A DNA stretch of 64,000 nucleotides from an uncultured virus (IMG/VR IMGVR_UViG_3300043570_001522) (Duplodnaviria > Heunggongvirae > Uroviricota > Caudoviricetes): IMG/VR virus record IMGVR_UViG_3300043570_001522; one strand, written 5' to 3'. The translations under genes and the position numbers were made by a program. The notes beneath the pieces are model-generated. The model did no database searches and was not told the DNA's origin. It saw only the letters and a list, made by a program, of their open reading frames with translations. Shown here piece after piece: positions 60,400-64,000 of this stretch. Numbering within the stretch: position 1 is the stretch's first letter; the number at the start of each line of letters is the position of its first letter.

Positions 60400-60775
60400 A
60401 AGAGTTGGTAGAGAAGTTGTAAAAGATCTTATTAAAGGAGATGTTTGTAGACAGCTTTTAACTCTTAAGAATGAAAATATTAAGAACTTGCAAGAGCAGA
60501 ATAAAGAACTTGCAGAGATTATAAAAATTAAAGACAGTATTCTTTCTAAGAAAGATGATATAATTACTATTCAAGATAAAGCTATTGGTTGGTGGAAAAA
60601 ACCTGAGCTTCATGGATATCTAAGAGTTCAGACTGTAAATATCAGTTTAGTTGATCCTTATTTATTTGGAATTGTAATGGTGGAATTTCCAAAGATTAAA
60701 ATAGGAGGGCAATATTTTGTACAACCAAATAATCCAACAGGGTATGGATTAATTCTTGAATATAAATTATTTTAA
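60308..60775 (+). CDS. Putative outer-membrane spanin partner (Rz1-like position)
   Basis: Overlaps the i-spanin gene in another frame; signal peptide, coiled coil, and amphipathic beta C-terminus ending YKLF. Confidence 0.5.
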   Translation: MTQLRLLILCLLVSFKSISQTDTIKKIVLDERVGREVVKDLIKGDVCRQLLTLKNENIKNLQEQNKELAEIIKIKDSILSKKDDIITIQDKAIGWWKKPELHGYLRVQTVNISLVDPYLFGIVMVEFPKIKIGGQYFVQPNNPTGYGLILEYKLF

Positions 60776-60779
60776 ACTA

Positions 60780-60929
60780 ATGGCAGCTAAAGCAAAAACA
60801 CAAACAACAACATTCAAACCTACTGTAAAAGTAAGCAGACCTGGTGTACATGCTAAAAAGTCAACTTCTAAATTAAAATCTAGTAAAAACTATAAAAAAA
60901 GTTATGTTGGCCAAGGTAAAAGAAGATAA
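60780..60929 (+). CDS. Small highly basic protein (49 aa, absent from ORF track)
   Basis: MAAKAKTQTTTFKPTVKVSRPGVHAKKSTSKLKSSKNYKKSYVGQGKRR. Confidence 0.7.
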   Translation: MAAKAKTQTTTFKPTVKVSRPGVHAKKSTSKLKSSKNYKKSYVGQGKRR

Positions 60930-60978
60930 TTTTTATGTTTATTTACATAAAAAAAAAGATAAGGACAAGGTAAGTAAT

Positions 60979-61125
60979 ATGGAAGATTGGGAATTAACAA
61001 TAGAATTTCATTGGCCGCATGATAGATTTGCGTTGGGATGGGATTACATTCCTCCTGATAGGACTTTCAATTATACTACTATTAAATTTTATTTATTATT
61101 TATTACATTTACATTAGATTATTAA
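60979..61125 (+). CDS. Hypothetical protein (48 aa; start revised from 60904)
   Basis: ATG at 60979 avoids overlap with 60780..60929. Confidence 0.5.
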   Translation: MEDWELTIEFHWPHDRFALGWDYIPPDRTFNYTTIKFYLLFITFTLDY

Positions 61126-61137
61126 AAAATTAAAACT

Positions 61138-61422
61138 ATGAAAGCTCAAGGTTTACAACAAGGTAAGATTTCAAAACAAAAAGTAAAACTTTTATGTAGA
61201 GAAGGAGGGGAATTAGATGATGCTATGTTATCTTCTATGGTTGAAAAAATGAGAAAAGGTGGTGATGCCATGAGATATGCAACAAGTGCTGATGGTTCAA
61301 CAAAAAAACAAGCATATAAAATGGGTGGTTGGATTGATGAATATGGAAGCTCAAAAAAGAAAAAATATATGAATGGTGGACAACCAACATCTTTTATATA
61401 CTCAGGTCCATCTAAAAAATAA
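61138..61422 (+). CDS. Small basic protein with four xxxGG motifs
   Basis: CREGG, MRKGG, YKMGG, YMNGG. Confidence 0.6.
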   Translation: MKAQGLQQGKISKQKVKLLCREGGELDDAMLSSMVEKMRKGGDAMRYATSADGSTKKQAYKMGGWIDEYGSSKKKKYMNGGQPTSFIYSGPSKK

Positions 61423-61427
61423 TAACT

Positions 61428-62027
61428 ATGAATATTTTAACTGACGTATTAAGTTTAATAAGAAGAGGTGTGTTTGTAAAACAAGCACAACCTGATGATG
61501 TTATTGTAATTGGTGTAAATGAGCAACCAGATATGACTGGTGTTGCTTCACCAATACCATATAAATCTGTTAAGCTTATCAAGGTTAAAGATCTTAAGAT
61601 TGCACCTGCATTTTGTGATAATGAAAATACTTATTATTATCCAGAAGCTGGAGTAATTGGTCCATTTAAAGAACAAATAATTGATCCGGTAACTAATGTT
61701 TGTACAAATTATTTTAGATCTTTTATGTCATTAAGTCCTAACTTGCTTATTAATGAATCAATTGACGGTGATCTTATTGAACTTACTACTACAGGTGAAC
61801 CTAATACTGCAGCTAATTTAGGTACAGGTACGGGTTTATATGCTAGTAAAGTAGGTGAAACACTTAATTTTAAATCATTAAAAGGTGTAGGTGTATCTAT
61901 AACTCAATCAGCAACTGAAGTAACTTTAAATTATGCAACAAGAGTGGTATTAACTTCACCTGATGGTGGCCTATGGCAAGTCACTGTTAATGATCTAGGA
62001 GTACTTGAAACAGCACTAATATCATAA
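61428..62027 (+). CDS. Putative virion fibre/structural protein
   Basis: NLGTGTGLY..K....LNFKSL and LTSPDG..W.VTV...G.L modules typical of phage fibres. Confidence 0.55.
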   Translation: MNILTDVLSLIRRGVFVKQAQPDDVIVIGVNEQPDMTGVASPIPYKSVKLIKVKDLKIAPAFCDNENTYYYPEAGVIGPFKEQIIDPVTNVCTNYFRSFMSLSPNLLINESIDGDLIELTTTGEPNTAANLGTGTGLYASKVGETLNFKSLKGVGVSITQSATEVTLNYATRVVLTSPDGGLWQVTVNDLGVLETALIS

Positions 62028-62028
62028 A

Positions 62029-62295
62029 ATGAGAACTGAAAAAAAAATAAGTTGGATTAAAGGTTTGCTTCAAGATGAAACAGGTATTCCCTCATCAAAA
62101 AGATTTGTTGGTATTATAGCAGGTCTTGTTTTATCTTTCACGCTTATTGTAAATCAATTTACTCCAAAATTAACAGATCCATCTCCTGTATTAGTTAATG
62201 CAGTTGCAATGTTAGCATTTGGATGTTTGGGATTGGCTTCTGTAGATAAAATTTGGGGTAAAAGAAATTCAGAAAATATAAACAATAACCAATAA
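62029..62295 (+). CDS. Two-TM holin-like membrane protein
   Basis: LLQDETG.PSSKRF followed by two TM helices. Confidence 0.5.
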   Translation: MRTEKKISWIKGLLQDETGIPSSKRFVGIIAGLVLSFTLIVNQFTPKLTDPSPVLVNAVAMLAFGCLGLASVDKIWGKRNSENINNNQ

Positions 62296-62297
62296 AT

Positions 62298-62534
62298 ATG
62301 AAAGTCATGATTAGTAAAGAAAGCAAAGCAGAAGAACGCAAATGGCAAATTCAATCTGCATTAAGCACACTGCAAAGAGCTGAAGAAATTAAAAATGATA
62401 CATCTTTAATGAGAGATGTTAAAAAAGCTGCCGGTATGGAAGCTAAGAGATTACAAACATTAGCTAATGGTGGTAGTGTTATATCAAGTGCTAAAAAAGC
62501 ACCTGTTAAAAAAGTAGTAACTAAAAAAAAATAA
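62298..62534 (+). CDS. Small basic protein
   Basis: 78 aa, LANGG motif followed by a Lys-rich tail. Confidence 0.55.
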   Translation: MKVMISKESKAEERKWQIQSALSTLQRAEEIKNDTSLMRDVKKAAGMEAKRLQTLANGGSVISSAKKAPVKKVVTKKK

Positions 62535-62540
62535 GACAAA

Positions 62541-62789
62541 ATGGGAACTCCTAAACAAGGCATTTCTTTTCCAGCTCAAGGATTAGTATACCAAAGAGAA
62601 ACAACAAATGGATATTATGATCCTACATCTATACCTGCAGCTATTCAACAAAAAAAGAATCAAGCTAAGGTATTAAGAAGTATTAAGAAAGCAAAAGATG
62701 GAATTAATATTCCAAGATCAAGTACAAGAGCAAAAGAACCAGTACAATCAGCTGCATTTAAAAGCGGTAATTGTGGATATAAAAAATAA
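62541..62789 (+). CDS. Small basic hypothetical protein
   Basis: 82 aa ORF in a tightly packed operon. Confidence 0.55.
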   Translation: MGTPKQGISFPAQGLVYQRETTNGYYDPTSIPAAIQQKKNQAKVLRSIKKAKDGINIPRSSTRAKEPVQSAAFKSGNCGYKK

Positions 62790-62795
62790 ATAATT

Positions 62796-63140
62796 ATGGC
62801 AACTATAGTAGCACAAAGAATATTACAATCAGGATTAATTCCTGCTTACTCTGCAGCATCAGCTGGTGGAGATAAACTTGTTAATACGGGAATACAATAT
62901 TTTCATGTTAAAAATGACAGTGGTGTTACTATAACTGCAAACGTAGTACCAATAGTAACAGTATTCATTGATCCTGTATTAGGAAAACTTATTAAACAAA
63001 CTGCAAGTTTAGTATTAACTGCAGGTCAATCAGGATTTTTAGGACCATTTGAAACAGGTGCTTTTAATGATACACAAGGATTTATAACAATAACTTGTAC
63101 AGCTACTGCTTCAGTAACTATAGCTGCACTTTATATTTAA
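62796..63140 (+). CDS. Small beta-rich putative structural protein
   Basis: 114 aa, AASAGGD...HVKN...GPF...FN pattern. Confidence 0.55.
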   Translation: MATIVAQRILQSGLIPAYSAASAGGDKLVNTGIQYFHVKNDSGVTITANVVPIVTVFIDPVLGKLIKQTASLVLTAGQSGFLGPFETGAFNDTQGFITITCTATASVTIAALYI

Positions 63141-63146
63141 ACAATT

Positions 63147-64000
63147 ATGAGCAATTTTATACAAGAAGTATTAGGATTACTAAACAGAAATCAAAAAAAG
63201 ATAACTTTAGATAAAAATAAAGATTGGTTTGAATTTGGTAAACTATATCAAACTGGTACATTAAATACCGGAACTTCATACAGCCCTAAAATGGACCCTT
63301 TTGTAATTAAATGGGGTGATTTTGTTTGTCAAGCTACAGAAGATATGACAAGAACTTTACCCGGTCAAGGTAATCTTGGTTATATTCCTGTATACACTGA
63401 TCCATCAGGATCTTGTAGTTGGGATACTTTAAAAGATTCTATTATTACACAGAATACACTTAATACCACCATTAATATTGCAGGTAATTTAGTGGTAAGT
63501 GGTACAGTAAAATTAGATGGTACTATTCAAGATAATGTTCCAGATAAAGTTCTTGTTATAGATGGAAGTAATATTGTTAGATGGAGAGCTGCAAGTACAA
63601 TTAGTGGTGGTGGTACAGTAACTGCAGACAATGGTCTTACAATGAGTACTGCTACTAATGTAAGATTAGGGGGAACATTGACACAGGCTACTATTATTTA
63701 TACAGGTTCAGCTACAACAAATACTTTTGATATTAGGTCAGGAACATCAGGTAGTAGTTTTACAAGATTATATATTGACCCATCTCCATCAGGTTACACA
63801 CAAATATCATCCAATGATAACATAAATTTCATAAAAGTAAATAATACAAATATTGAAATAGGTGCTGGTAAAGTATATATGTATAATTTAGATACATCAA
63901 CGGCAAATAATATATTATACTATGATTCAACTACAAGTAAAGTAACTTATGGAATAGCTCCTCAACCGCCAAAAATATTTGTAGCAAAACTTACTCAATC
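63147..64000 (+). CDS. Putative fibre/structural protein (3' truncated; absent from ORF track)
   Basis: ATG at 63147 (MSNFIQEVLGLLNRNQ...), open to the window end, Thr/Gly/Ser-rich; N-terminus resembles that of 61428. Confidence 0.7.
   Translation, partial: MSNFIQEVLGLLNRNQKKITLDKNKDWFEFGKLYQTGTLNTGTSYSPKMDPFVIKWGDFVCQATEDMTRTLPGQGNLGYIPVYTDPSGSCSWDTLKDSIITQNTLNTTINIAGNLVVSGTVKLDGTIQDNVPDKVLVIDGSNIVRWRAASTISGGGTVTADNGLTMSTATNVRLGGTLTQATIIYTGSATTNTFDIRSGTSGSSFTRLYIDPSPSGYTQISSNDNINFIKVNNTNIEIGAGKVYMYNLDTSTANNILYYDSTTSKVTYGIAPQPPKIFVAKLTQ

Noticed and set aside
60904..60978. N-terminal extension of ORF 60904..61125
   Set aside because: It overlaps the credible 49-aa basic gene; ATG 60979 is the more plausible start.
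1..64000. Stop-codon reassignment (TAG=Gln or TGA=Trp), known in some Crassvirales
   Set aside because: Giant ORFs are uninterrupted under code 11. TAG (2748, 3281, 4829, 14202) and TGA (5534, 9680, 11173) end genes at sensible boundaries next to starts or terminators.
1..64000. tRNA/rRNA genes, integrase or transposase
   Set aside because: Intergenic gaps are short and AT-rich with no cloverleaf or T-loop signature, and no recombinase motifs were recognised.

Overview
The window is an AT-rich, gene-dense segment of a crAss-like (Crassvirales-type) podovirus genome. The host is most likely an environmental Bacteroidota/Flavobacteriia: starts are A-rich with no Shine-Dalgarno, TAnnTTTG promoters are present, and there is a T9SS-type C-terminal domain. 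It uses the standard genetic code. On the + strand the order is: 3' end of the major capsid protein; conserved head/neck genes; a Dps/ferritin-like gene; a tail fibre with its accessory region; Cys-rich FN3/vWA virion proteins; a metallophosphoesterase; an HU/IHF-like gene; tail ring proteins; the muzzle/tail-stabilisation protein; six ejected cargo proteins, including a 4679-aa virion RNA polymerase (DFDID motif); a three-gene minus-strand island; a lysis cassette; and small basic/structural genes. Main findings: (1) a tandem-PAS sensor fused to a coiled coil and two TM helices sits directly before the endolysin and spanin-like genes, a candidate environment-sensing lysis regulator; (2) a phage-encoded signal-peptide + DUF4874/DUF4832-like + T9SS-CTD-like protein; (3) a polyvalent cargo protein with ART-like, zincin, LysM, L,D-transpeptidase and lysozyme-like domains; (4) a recurrent xxxGG peptide motif that punctuates cargo proteins; (5) a repeated TTGTATATTATA-type intergenic promoter motif. 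All family calls come from motif recognition by eye; no database searches were run.
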